Shown here: one piece after another, positions 46,007 through 55,436 of the stretch
Layout: each line of letters begins with the position of its first letter
How positions within the stretch are numbered: the first letter of the stretch is position 1
Origin: Bacillota bacterium
Lineage (GTDB): Bacteria > Bacillota_I > Bacilli_A > RFN20 > CAG-826
Direction: 5' to 3'
Assembly (NCBI GenBank): GCA_030834445.1
Contig: JAURFC010000001.1
Location: forward strand, 150,544-214,543
DNA length: 64,000 bases
Made by a program: the position numbers and the translations under genes
Notes under the pieces: generated by a model
Seen by the model: the letters and a program-made list of their open reading frames with translations, nothing else
The model's database searches: none
Told to the model about the DNA's origin: nothing

Positions 46007-48552
46007 AAAAAATGATTTTGATTGATGGAAACTCGTTATTGTTTCGTGCTTATTATGCGTCCATCTATGGAAGTGCCCAACCGTTAACCAACAAAGCAGG
46101 TATTCCAACCAATGCTGTCTATGTTTTCGCCAATATGATTCATAAGCTTTTATTTCCCTTACCTGAACACGATGAATTACACGTCCTTGTTGCCTTTGAC
46201 ACCGGCAAAAAAACGTTTCGTCACGAACAACTCGAATCGTATAAAGCTCATCGAAAACCGGTTCCCGACGATTTAATCCAACAATTTCCGATTGCCCGTG
46301 AACTCTTAAAAGCTTTGCAACTTTTCACCTTTGAACAAGATGGATTTGAAGGGGATGATGTGGCCGGAACGATGGCGATTCGCGCCAAACAAGAAGGATA
46401 TGAGGTGGAAATCTTTACCTCCGACCGCGATTTTTTACAATTATGTCAACCGGGCATTACCGTCAAACTCATTAAAAAAGGTGTCAGTGATATTTTAGCG
46501 ATGACACCGGAAAAAGTCGAGGAAGACTTTGGCATTACCCCCGCCCAAGTCCCCGATTATAAGGGTCTTGTCGGGGATGCAAGTGATAATATTCCTGGTA
46601 TTCCTGGCATCGGCGACAAAACCGCCGTAAAATTACTCCAACAATTTGGCGATTTAAATGCCATTTTAGCCGCTGCACCTACGATGAGTGGTAAACTCGC
46701 TATCTCCTTACAAGAACATCGTGACTTGGGAATCCTTTCCAAAGAACTCGCCATCATTCATACCACCATGGAACTTCCCTTTGGTCTTGAAGAAACACGG
46801 TTTCAAGGTGTCTCCGATCCGTTACTGAAACGATTCATTCAAACCTATGATATGCGGTCATTAACCGATCGTTTTCTCACCCCCGCGGTGGTTGAAAAGA
46901 AAACATGGTCCTATGCCGATTTTGCGACGTGTCCTGACATCCAGGATGGAACTGTTTTTATCGTTCCCATCGGACAAGCGACCAATTATTATCGCCAACC
47001 TGATCAGGGTTATGTCCTTTACGATCTACAAACGGCGTATGTCATCAAAAACCCGTGGGAAAATCCCCGTTGGCGTTCTCTGCTCGCCGATGCAAATGTC
47101 TTAAAAACAACCTATGATAGCAAGCGTCTTTATGTCGATGCCATGCGCCATCAATGTTCACTTGAGGGCCTCCATTTTGATGTGCAACTGGCCACACTCA
47201 CCTTGGATGAAACGCCTTCGTTACAACGTAAACAAATCTTTTTTAATGTCGGTGTTGATTTAGAGGACGATGAACTTATTCAAGCGGTGCAAATGGCGAT
47301 GACCTTACCTGCAATGGAAAAATCGTTGCGAGCGGAACTTCAAGAAAAAGCACTTGAAACCATTGTCTTTAACATCGAATTTCCACTCGCACGTGTGCTT
47401 GCAAAAATGGAAATCGAAGGTATTCCTTTAGATATTCATCTGCTTGCTTCGATGGAAAAAGAGTTACATGAAAAAATTCAATCCCTGAAAGCATCCATGG
47501 ATACTTACACCACACATTCCGTTAATTATGATTCTCCCAAACAAGTATCCGAGTGGTTATTTGATGAACTCAAACTCCCCAATTATAAAAAAGGGTCAAC
47601 GAGTGTCGATGTTTTAAAAGGACTGATCGACCACCATCCTGTCGTTGGATCGTTATTAGACTACCGTAAATATGCCAAATTTTTATCTACCTATGTTGCC
47701 TCCTTACCTTCTCACCAATACGAAGATGGAAAGCTACATCCTCTCTATAACCAAGTGCAAACGACCACCGGACGCCTATCTTCCTTTGATCCGAATATTC
47801 AAAATATTTCCGTCAAGGATGATGAAACCAAGCGCATACGTGAAGCCTTTTATTATGAAAAACCATGGTGCTTCTTATCGTTTGACTATTCCCAAATCGA
47901 ATTACGCATTCTTGCTGAATTATCCAAGTGCCAAGCGTTAATCGATGATTTTTCCGCCGATCTTGATATCCATACAACGACGGCCCAACGGCTTTTTGCC
48001 CAAGGAGGCACCGTTACTTCCGCGATGCGTCGGCAAGCCAAAGCGGTGAACTTTGGTATTATTTACGGCATCTCTTCCTGGGGGCTTGCCGATCAGTTGA
48101 ATATTGCCCCTCAAGAAGCGAGTCAACTCATTCAACAATTTTATGAAGCGTATCCGGAATTGAAACAATTTAATGAGATAACTCTCACAACCTTGCAAAA
48201 CCAACAATATGTATCTACCTTGCTCGGAAGACGTCGGTACTTACGCGATATTAAAGGAAATTTTCAAGCCCGAGAATTTGCGAAGCGCGCGGCGATGAAT
48301 GCCCCGATTCAAGGAACGGCAGCCGATTTATTAAAACTTGCGATGATCCAAATTGATGCCTTTTTAGAAAAAGGCGGTTATCAAACAAAAATGATTGCCA
48401 CCATTCATGATGAAATCTTATTTAAATGTCACGAAGATGAACGCGATGAACTCATGCCAAAACTTCAAGACTTAATGGAAAAAGCGTTACCGATGCAGGT
48501 CCGGTTAAAAGTCGAAGGTAGTTATGCTTCTTCGTGGTACGCGGTGAAATAA
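46003..48552 (+). CDS. polA: DNA polymerase I
   Basis: IDGNS, GDASDNIPG, TGRLSS..PNIQNI, DYSQIELR, KAVNFGIIYG, IHDE. Confidence 0.97.
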   Translation: MKKMILIDGNSLLFRAYYASIYGSAQPLTNKAGIPTNAVYVFANMIHKLLFPLPEHDELHVLVAFDTGKKTFRHEQLESYKAHRKPVPDDLIQQFPIARELLKALQLFTFEQDGFEGDDVAGTMAIRAKQEGYEVEIFTSDRDFLQLCQPGITVKLIKKGVSDILAMTPEKVEEDFGITPAQVPDYKGLVGDASDNIPGIPGIGDKTAVKLLQQFGDLNAILAAAPTMSGKLAISLQEHRDLGILSKELAIIHTTMELPFGLEETRFQGVSDPLLKRFIQTYDMRSLTDRFLTPAVVEKKTWSYADFATCPDIQDGTVFIVPIGQATNYYRQPDQGYVLYDLQTAYVIKNPWENPRWRSLLADANVLKTTYDSKRLYVDAMRHQCSLEGLHFDVQLATLTLDETPSLQRKQIFFNVGVDLEDDELIQAVQMAMTLPAMEKSLRAELQEKALETIVFNIEFPLARVLAKMEIEGIPLDIHLLASMEKELHEKIQSLKASMDTYTTHSVNYDSPKQVSEWLFDELKLPNYKKGSTSVDVLKGLIDHHPVVGSLLDYRKYAKFLSTYVASLPSHQYEDGKLHPLYNQVQTTTGRLSSFDPNIQNISVKDDETKRIREAFYYEKPWCFLSFDYSQIELRILAELSKCQALIDDFSADLDIHTTTAQRLFAQGGTVTSAMRRQAKAVNFGIIYGISSWGLADQLNIAPQEASQLIQQFYEAYPELKQFNEITLTTLQNQQYVSTLLGRRRYLRDIKGNFQAREFAKRAAMNAPIQGTAADLLKLAMIQIDAFLEKGGYQTKMIATIHDEILFKCHEDERDELMPKLQDLMEKALPMQVRLKVEGSYASSWYAVK

Positions 48553-50010
48553 ATGCCAGAATTACCGGAAGTAGAAACTGTTGTTCGCCTCTTAAGAAAA
48601 CGTATTGTTTCTGCGCGTTTAATCCGTTCAGCGTGGCGCGTGCCTTCGATGGTAAAAGGAACCATTCCGTTTTTTAAAACAACCTTTGAAAGTCACTCCA
48701 TTCACGATGTTACCCGACGAGGAAAATACATTCTCATTCATTTTGATCATGGTTGGACCCTGGTTTCCCATCTCAGAATGGAAGGAAAATATGTTGAAAA
48801 AAATGAGGCACATCTGCCAATCTCAAAATTTGCGCATGTGTCATTTTATTTTCAAGATGGGCGCCGGTTTGATTATGAAGATGTGCGAAAGTTTGGCACC
48901 TTTGAAGCCGTTGAAACGTCGCACTATGAATCCTTACCCTGTTTACATCAGTTAGGACCCGAACCTTTTGATATTCACGACCGTAAGGCCTTTTATCCAC
49001 GTATTCAACGTTCTCAGCGTCCGATTAAATCAATTCTTCTTGATCAAACCATTTTGAGTGGTTTGGGAAATATTTATGTCGATGAAACCTTATTTGCGGC
49101 CCGTATTCATCCCTTAACCCTAGGCTCTCGCATATCGGACCATCAGATTGATGCGATTCTCGATCACAGTCAACGCATTTTAAACGATGCGATTGCCGAT
49201 GGGGGCACGCGAATTCGTAGTTATGCATCGGGGGAAAACATTGATGGCCGATTCGTATTAAAAATTCAAGCGTATCAGCGAACGGGTCAACCGTGTTCAC
49301 GATGTCAGCATCGGATCGCCCGCATCACGGTGGGAGGGCGAGGAACCCATTTTTGTCCACGTTGTCAACATGATCCACGCTATCCGTATGTCATTGGGAT
49401 TACAGGGTCGATGGCGAGTGGAAAAACTACGTTATTAAACCAATTAGCCTCAAAAGGTCTTGCCACCTTATCCGCTGATGCGATCGTCAAAAAACTCTAC
49501 CAAAAAAGAACGATTCAAACGCAACTTCAACGTTTGATAGGTCATGATGTGATTAAAGATAAAAACGTGGATTCTCAAAAACTTTTAGCATGGCTGATTC
49601 GTGATGTTCAACATGCCAAAAAACTCGAAGCATGGTTGCATCCGTTGGTATTAAAGCAAATCGATACGTGGTTACAAAAACAAAAAGGTGTTGTTGCCAT
49701 TGAAATCCCTCTTTTATTTCAAAGCGATGCCGATGTCTATTGCGACACGATTATCGCCGTAGAAACGAGTCAAGAAACCTTGCAAGACCGATTACAAAAA
49801 CGTTACCCGATGAATGATCTTGAACCCTACCTTTTATTAAATGAACGTAATGACTGGTTTAAATATCGCCCTTTTATCGACCATGTTTTTGAAAACAACG
49901 ACCGTCTTGAAGACTTCCTAGCTTCCATTCATCAATGGTATCAGGATCTTATAACGGCGTTGCCGGGGCAAGATAATGGTGGTTTTCAAACGACTCCAGT
50001 AGCGAAATAA
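48553..50010 (+). CDS. mutM: Fusion of formamidopyrimidine-DNA glycosylase (MutM/Fpg) and dephospho-CoA kinase (CoaE)
   Basis: MPELPEVE, HLRMEG, GLGNIY, CSRC...CPRC zinc finger, then in frame VIGITGSMASGKTT...LHPLV...EIPLLF. Confidence 0.92.
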   Translation: MPELPEVETVVRLLRKRIVSARLIRSAWRVPSMVKGTIPFFKTTFESHSIHDVTRRGKYILIHFDHGWTLVSHLRMEGKYVEKNEAHLPISKFAHVSFYFQDGRRFDYEDVRKFGTFEAVETSHYESLPCLHQLGPEPFDIHDRKAFYPRIQRSQRPIKSILLDQTILSGLGNIYVDETLFAARIHPLTLGSRISDHQIDAILDHSQRILNDAIADGGTRIRSYASGENIDGRFVLKIQAYQRTGQPCSRCQHRIARITVGGRGTHFCPRCQHDPRYPYVIGITGSMASGKTTLLNQLASKGLATLSADAIVKKLYQKRTIQTQLQRLIGHDVIKDKNVDSQKLLAWLIRDVQHAKKLEAWLHPLVLKQIDTWLQKQKGVVAIEIPLLFQSDADVYCDTIIAVETSQETLQDRLQKRYPMNDLEPYLLLNERNDWFKYRPFIDHVFENNDRLEDFLASIHQWYQDLITALPGQDNGGFQTTPVAK

Positions 50011-50854
50011 GTTGTTTTGCCTTCGGTTTTTGACTCGGGAAAATAGCGTATAAAACAAGAAGATCTTCTAATGAAAAACTTGAAATAATCAAAGTTGCTT
50101 TTTGATTATGAAGGCGTTGTTGTAATAAGGGTAACCATAAAAAATCACGTGTTTTATCAAGGGATGTTTCATCACCTAGCCGATCAAGAATGAGGACATC
50201 GAGTTTGAGAAGGCGTGTCCATTCCCGCGCAAACGCTTCGGGTTCGTCTTGTTTCATCGTTAACCAATCATTTGCCCGTTTCGCCACATCAATCATCCCA
50301 ATGGTTCCAATCTCATTGAGTGCAAATTTATAGGCAAACGTCGCTAGTGAAAAAGATTTTCCGGTGCGGGATGGTCCATAAATAAAGGCATTTTGATGAC
50401 GATATTGGGGGAAATTGATAAGGTAGCGGGCTAATGTTTGCCCTAATTCTTTTCGATGATGACGTTGACTGACTTCCGAGAAAAGATTGCCATCTTTCCA
50501 CGTATCAGGAAAATCTGCATAAAGTAACGACTGATTGACATTCAGTTGGGAAACAAGCATAGGGCAAGGACGCATGTAACGTTCAAGGAATCCCACTGCG
50601 TTCCTTTTCAACGCGACTTCATAATGGCCAGCGGGTTTAATGCATGATTTTTGATATTCACATTGAGCGATTTCTTGGTGGTTTTCTTGCATGGTAAGCA
50701 AAGTTGAAAGATGTTGTTCAATTTCTCGATTTGTCAACGAAAGAGATTGCATCACGGATTGAATATAAGCATCTTTTTTTAATGATTCAATCGCACGTTG
50801 AATGGCTTGATCACCATCCTCAAGCATGACATTTTGAGCGTCAATCTTTTTCAT
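49949..50854 (-). CDS. dnaI: Primosomal helicase loader DnaI-like ATPase
   Basis: N-terminal Cys/His cluster, GPSRTGKS, LILDRLGDE...RD; follows the dnaB-like gene. Confidence 0.8.
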   Translation of the reverse strand: MKKIDAQNVMLEDGDQAIQRAIESLKKDAYIQSVMQSLSLTNREIEQHLSTLLTMQENHQEIAQCEYQKSCIKPAGHYEVALKRNAVGFLERYMRPCPMLVSQLNVNQSLLYADFPDTWKDGNLFSEVSQRHHRKELGQTLARYLINFPQYRHQNAFIYGPSRTGKSFSLATFAYKFALNEIGTIGMIDVAKRANDWLTMKQDEPEAFAREWTRLLKLDVLILDRLGDETSLDKTRDFLWLPLLQQRLHNQKATLIISSFSLEDLLVLYAIFPSQKPKAKQLISLLESFENHHYLAPATPL

Positions 50855-52083
50855 TTGAGTGCCTTCAAGCGAGCTTCTAGCTCGGCATCATCGATTGGGG
50901 AATCTTGAGGTTTTGGTGGTGTCGTAGCATTCGGTTTTGGTGATGATTTATACGATTTTTTCCATTGATTTTCTACTTTTGCAATGTAATCAAGCGTATC
51001 AATCGCATGTTCAAGATGTTCGCGTCCTAAAGAGGCAGCAATTTTCAAGGTAATGGTTTTCGGTAGGGTGTTTTCATGGGTTCTTAAAACATGATCGATT
51101 AGGGCATTGATGACCGGATACGGTAAATGCATCGAAAAATAAAGTTCCGATACGAGTTTTAAATCCGGAGCAGAAGGGGTTGCTCCATGTTGTTTTTTTT
51201 GTAAAAACTCATACGGAGATAAGGTTTCCATCTCATTGATATCCACCGTACGGTCGGATGTCGCTTTTAAGAGTTTCTTTTGTTGACGTTGACGGACAAA
51301 GGGGAGACGTTTTTCTAAGGAAGCAAGACGTCCAAGTTCTTCAAATTGGATGTCTCCTGTCATCAAATTAGTCACATGGGGTGCAAGTAAAAGTTCACTT
51401 AATGCTAATTCATCAAGACCATACAGCGTCGCATAATCAATTAACGTTTTCATGTGCGGTTCAAAGACGGTGACGGGTACATCCATTTGGCGGAGGTGTT
51501 CAAGGAAACTGACTTGATCAAAAGGTTTACGAATCGAAGACGTTTTTCGTCCTAAAAGTCCACTTGTTGATGCGGTTGCAAACAAGGGATTATCGAGGTT
51601 GGGGTGAAACACTTCACCAAATGAGGCAGAAACATTTTCTGTGGTCTTTTCCTCGATGGGTTGTAAATAAACATCCTTGATTTGTTGGGTGGCTTTTTCA
51701 CCAATTTGTATGGCTAACATTCCTGACAAGAGCGGATCTGCAAAAAATTCTGCAACCGATTTTGGTGCGTATAGAAGAAAGGAAAACGACGCTTGTTCAC
51801 CGAGTTTTTGACGATGGGTTTGCAGTAATCCAACCGCTTCTAAACGGCTACGAGCATGATGTAATTGCGTCAAATTTAAGTCCGTTAACGTTAATAAATG
51901 GTCAATCGGTGAAAGGTCACCAAACGTTTGCATCGTTTCATGTACTTTTAAGGTTAGATAAAGTGCCGTTGCTTCCACCCCAATAAAAGGTTGATAGAGT
52001 AACACTAAAAAGCGATCATCCAAATCCGAAATAATCGATTTTTGGCGAATTTCATAAAAATCTTTGGAACGTATTTGTACCAT
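50851..52083 (-). CDS. dnaB: Replication initiation and membrane attachment protein DnaB (Firmicutes type)
   Basis: LYQPFIG..A..LY, LEAVGLL, F..DP.L, VINAL; paired with dnaI. Confidence 0.85.
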   Translation of the reverse strand: MVQIRSKDFYEIRQKSIISDLDDRFLVLLYQPFIGVEATALYLTLKVHETMQTFGDLSPIDHLLTLTDLNLTQLHHARSRLEAVGLLQTHRQKLGEQASFSFLLYAPKSVAEFFADPLLSGMLAIQIGEKATQQIKDVYLQPIEEKTTENVSASFGEVFHPNLDNPLFATASTSGLLGRKTSSIRKPFDQVSFLEHLRQMDVPVTVFEPHMKTLIDYATLYGLDELALSELLLAPHVTNLMTGDIQFEELGRLASLEKRLPFVRQRQQKKLLKATSDRTVDINEMETLSPYEFLQKKQHGATPSAPDLKLVSELYFSMHLPYPVINALIDHVLRTHENTLPKTITLKIAASLGREHLEHAIDTLDYIAKVENQWKKSYKSSPKPNATTPPKPQDSPIDDAELEARLKALK

Positions 52084-52148
52084 AATATTGATTATAAATC
52101 ATACCACATTTTCTTTCACTTTTCCTAGTTAAAATTGAGAAGTTTTCA

Positions 52149-52177
52149 TTGAAATCAATGGGATGTTTTGATACGAT
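52149..52177 (+). promoter_or_regulatory. Probable SigA promoter of the speD-like/pfkA/pyk/ROK operon
   Basis: TTGAAA-17 nt-TACGAT with extended -10 TG. Confidence 0.6.
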
Positions 52178-52194
52178 TAATGCGAATAAAAAGT

Positions 52195-53007
52195 ATGACA
52201 CATTACATGTTAGATGGTTATGGTGTCTCCGCATCCTTGCCCCTTGGTCAAGCGGACTTTGTGAATGAAACATTGAATCGTATTTTATTAGAACTTCATT
52301 TAACTCCTATTTCCCCTGCCTTTTTACTCCCTTATGACTATGGTTTAGTGCCCGTTGATGATGGTTTATCGAGTTTCATCTTTCTTAAGGGTGGACATGC
52401 TACCATTCATACGTTTCCCCTTCGCAGTGTTTATTTTGTTGATATTTTTAGTCAAGATCCACTTGATAAAGAACAAGTTACGCAAGTTTTTCAAACCTTT
52501 TTACCGTTCAATCAAGCATTGTCTCGTTCTTTTTCTGTACAACGTAATCGTCCTGTTAAATCCGAAAAATTTAATTCTAACGAGGTATTTGGGCCTCACG
52601 TTTTAGCACGTTTTAATCCACAACGTAATTTAAGTCTTGAAGAAGCTAACCGGTTTTTAGAAGGTCTCATCGCCGACATTGGGATGACGCCAATTACTCG
52701 AAGTTTTTCGCTTTTAGATCGTTATCAAAATCCCCAATTTTTATCGAGCATCGTTATGATTGCCGAATCGCATTTATCGATTCACCAAGATTTAAAAACC
52801 CATCAGGTTTGGTTTGATATTTTCTCCTGCAAGATGTTTGATTATGCTTCCGTAGAAGCATTATTAACCCATGCGTTTGGTCACGTGGATTATTTATCCA
52901 CCATTCCTCGAGGGCAAAAGCATGATGAACGTTCCACCCACCTCACAAATCCTAAAAAATTAGATGAACACACGAAGAAAGCTTTGAATGTATGGAAAAA
53001 CAAATAA
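52195..53007 (+). CDS. Tandem two-domain pyruvoyl-dependent AdoMetDC (SpeD)-fold protein
   Basis: Domain 1 GLSSFIFLKGGHATIHTFP...DIFSQ; domain 2 LSSIVMIAESHLSIH...DIFSC. ATG 52195 chosen because TTG 52168 lies inside the promoter. Confidence 0.82.
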   Translation: MTHYMLDGYGVSASLPLGQADFVNETLNRILLELHLTPISPAFLLPYDYGLVPVDDGLSSFIFLKGGHATIHTFPLRSVYFVDIFSQDPLDKEQVTQVFQTFLPFNQALSRSFSVQRNRPVKSEKFNSNEVFGPHVLARFNPQRNLSLEEANRFLEGLIADIGMTPITRSFSLLDRYQNPQFLSSIVMIAESHLSIHQDLKTHQVWFDIFSCKMFDYASVEALLTHAFGHVDYLSTIPRGQKHDERSTHLTNPKKLDEHTKKALNVWKNK

Positions 53008-53969
53008 AAAAATCTTTAGGGATTGGTATTCTCACCTCGGGTGGAGATTCCCCAGGTATGAATGCAGCCATTCGCGCCGTTATTCGTTCCGGCCTTCGCG
53101 ATGGGCACCGTATGTTTGCTATTTACAATGGCTATCGAGGTCTTGTCGCAGGTCAAATCGAGCAAGTTGACCGTTCGTTTGTCTCACAGACAATTAATCG
53201 CGGTGGTACCATTCTTCGATCAGCCCGTTTACCCGAATTTGTCAAAGAATCAGTCCAACTCAACGCCATCGAACAACTTAAACGTTTTGGAATTGATGCC
53301 CTTGTCGTCATTGGTGGCGATGGGACATATCGTGGCGCAAAAGATCTCTCGCAACGTGGCATAAACTGTATTGGATTACCAGGCACGATTGATAATGATA
53401 TTGCCTCCACGGATTATACGATTGGTTTTGATACAACCCTGAATACCATTGTTCAAGCGGTCGATAAATTACGGGATACGACATTCTCCCATCAACGCTG
53501 TTCCATCATTGAAGTCATGGGGAATCGCTCCGGTGATTTAGCTGTGCATGCTGGTTTAGCCTGTGGAGCAGAGCTTGTCATTTCCAGTGAACATCTTCTC
53601 CCGATGGATGACGTAATCGCGCGCTTAAAATTTCAAAAAGACTCCTCAAAAAACCATGCGATGATGATTGTCAGTGAAAAGTTATTTGATTTGAATGAAC
53701 TTGCAACCTTAATTGCCGCAAAAACCGGTTTTGAAGTGCGCACCGAAGTGTTAGGTCGCATCCAACGCGGCGGTTCTCCTTCTGCTTTTGATCGTATTCT
53801 TGCCACGCGAATGGGAGATTATGCCATTCACTGCCTTAATCTTGGAAAATCCAGTCGTTGTATTGGGGTTCGTGGAAACACGTTAATTGATCTTGATATC
53901 GATGAAGCCCTCACGCTTCCACGTCAACCCGCAGACCATATTGTCGGTGTCATCGACCGCGTGAAATGA
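52992..53969 (+). CDS. pfkA: ATP-dependent 6-phosphofructokinase
   Basis: TSGGDSPGMNA, IGGDG, PGTIDND, EVMG, QRGG. Confidence 0.97.
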   Translation: MEKQIKKSLGIGILTSGGDSPGMNAAIRAVIRSGLRDGHRMFAIYNGYRGLVAGQIEQVDRSFVSQTINRGGTILRSARLPEFVKESVQLNAIEQLKRFGIDALVVIGGDGTYRGAKDLSQRGINCIGLPGTIDNDIASTDYTIGFDTTLNTIVQAVDKLRDTTFSHQRCSIIEVMGNRSGDLAVHAGLACGAELVISSEHLLPMDDVIARLKFQKDSSKNHAMMIVSEKLFDLNELATLIAAKTGFEVRTEVLGRIQRGGSPSAFDRILATRMGDYAIHCLNLGKSSRCIGVRGNTLIDLDIDEALTLPRQPADHIVGVIDRVK

Positions 53970-53978
53970 GGAAAACGT

Positions 53979-55436
53979 ATGCAGTTTCGAATTGATAAAA
54001 AAACAAAAATTGTCGCGACCATTGGTCCCGCATCCCATGACTACCCGACCTTTTTGAAATTGATTGAAGCAGGGATGAACGTCATGCGTGTTAACTTTTC
54101 GCATGGTGATTACGCTTCCCATCTTGAAAAAATCAACTTGGCCCGTCGCGTGGAACAAGAACACGGCATTCACATTCCTGTGATTCTTGATTCACGAGGT
54201 CCAGAAATTCGCGTGGGTCAATTTGAAGAAGGCGCTGCCTTTATCGAACAAGATGCCCTCGTTCGTGTTTCCATGACACCCCTGTTAGGCAATGCCATAC
54301 GCTTTTCAGTTTCCTATCCGGGATTGTTTGATGATGTCAAAGTCGGCGATGCGTTAAAAATTGATGATGGCAACCTCGCCTTGAAAATCATCGAAAAAGA
54401 TTCTAAAACCAATGAATTAGTATGCAAAGCGATGAATTCGCATACAATTAAAAATCGCAAAGGACTCAACGCACCGTTTGCGCGTTTATCGATGCCGTTT
54501 ATTTCCGAACAAGATGAAGCCGACTTAAAATTCGGATGTGAGCATAATGTTGATTACATCGCGGCTAGCTTTACGCGTCGTCGTCAAGATGTATTAGATA
54601 TTAAAGCGATTCTCGCCAAATATGGGAAGCCTAACATCCAAGTGATTGCGAAAATTGAAAACCCAGAAGGCGTCTCGAATTTAGAAGAAATTTTAGATGT
54701 CGCCGATGGTATCATGGTCGCGCGTGGCGATCTCGGTGTGGAAATTGCTGCCGAACAAGTGCCAATTGTACAAAAACGCATTATTACGATGTGCCGAAAA
54801 GTGGGTAAACCGGTCATTACCGCTACCCAAATGCTCGATAGTATGGTGAGCATGCCCCGTCCCACTCGCGCGGAAGTGAGTGATGTCGCAAACGCTATCT
54901 TAGAGTCCACCGATGCCGTCATGCTCTCTGCAGAATCTGCTTCTGGTAAATACCCCATTGAAGCCACCGCAATGCAAGCAAACATTGCCGCCACCATGGA
55001 AAAAGAATTAAATTACGTTCAAATGTCATCCCAAGCCTTTGAAAATTCTCGCAAAGTTAATTCTGACGCCATCGCGAACTCGGTTGCCAATACTGCCTTT
55101 TTAATTAATGCCGATGCCATAGTTACGTTTACCGAAACGGGGGGAGCGGCCCGACGTATTGCCAAAGCCCGTCCGTATTGTCCAATTATTGCAATTAGTG
55201 ATCGTAAAGAAACCGTGCTTTCATTAGGTTTAGTTTGGGGTGTTTACAGTTACTATGCATCTTCTTTACCGCAATTTATTGAGGAAATGGAAGCCTTTGC
55301 CATTTTAAAAGCACGGCAACTCGGGTTAAAACCTGGTGCCCATATTTTACTCGCAGGCGGAGTTCCTACGGGCGTAGGTTCCACCAACTTCATGAAAATT
55401 CTCACCTTAAAAGAACTTAATCAAACCACGTTATGA
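53979..55436 (+). CDS. pyk: Pyruvate kinase
   Basis: TKIVATIGPAS, RVNFSHG, AKIE, MVARGDLGVE, ATQMLDSM, PTRAE. Confidence 0.98.
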   Translation: MQFRIDKKTKIVATIGPASHDYPTFLKLIEAGMNVMRVNFSHGDYASHLEKINLARRVEQEHGIHIPVILDSRGPEIRVGQFEEGAAFIEQDALVRVSMTPLLGNAIRFSVSYPGLFDDVKVGDALKIDDGNLALKIIEKDSKTNELVCKAMNSHTIKNRKGLNAPFARLSMPFISEQDEADLKFGCEHNVDYIAASFTRRRQDVLDIKAILAKYGKPNIQVIAKIENPEGVSNLEEILDVADGIMVARGDLGVEIAAEQVPIVQKRIITMCRKVGKPVITATQMLDSMVSMPRPTRAEVSDVANAILESTDAVMLSAESASGKYPIEATAMQANIAATMEKELNYVQMSSQAFENSRKVNSDAIANSVANTAFLINADAIVTFTETGGAARRIAKARPYCPIIAISDRKETVLSLGLVWGVYSYYASSLPQFIEEMEAFAILKARQLGLKPGAHILLAGGVPTGVGSTNFMKILTLKELNQTTL

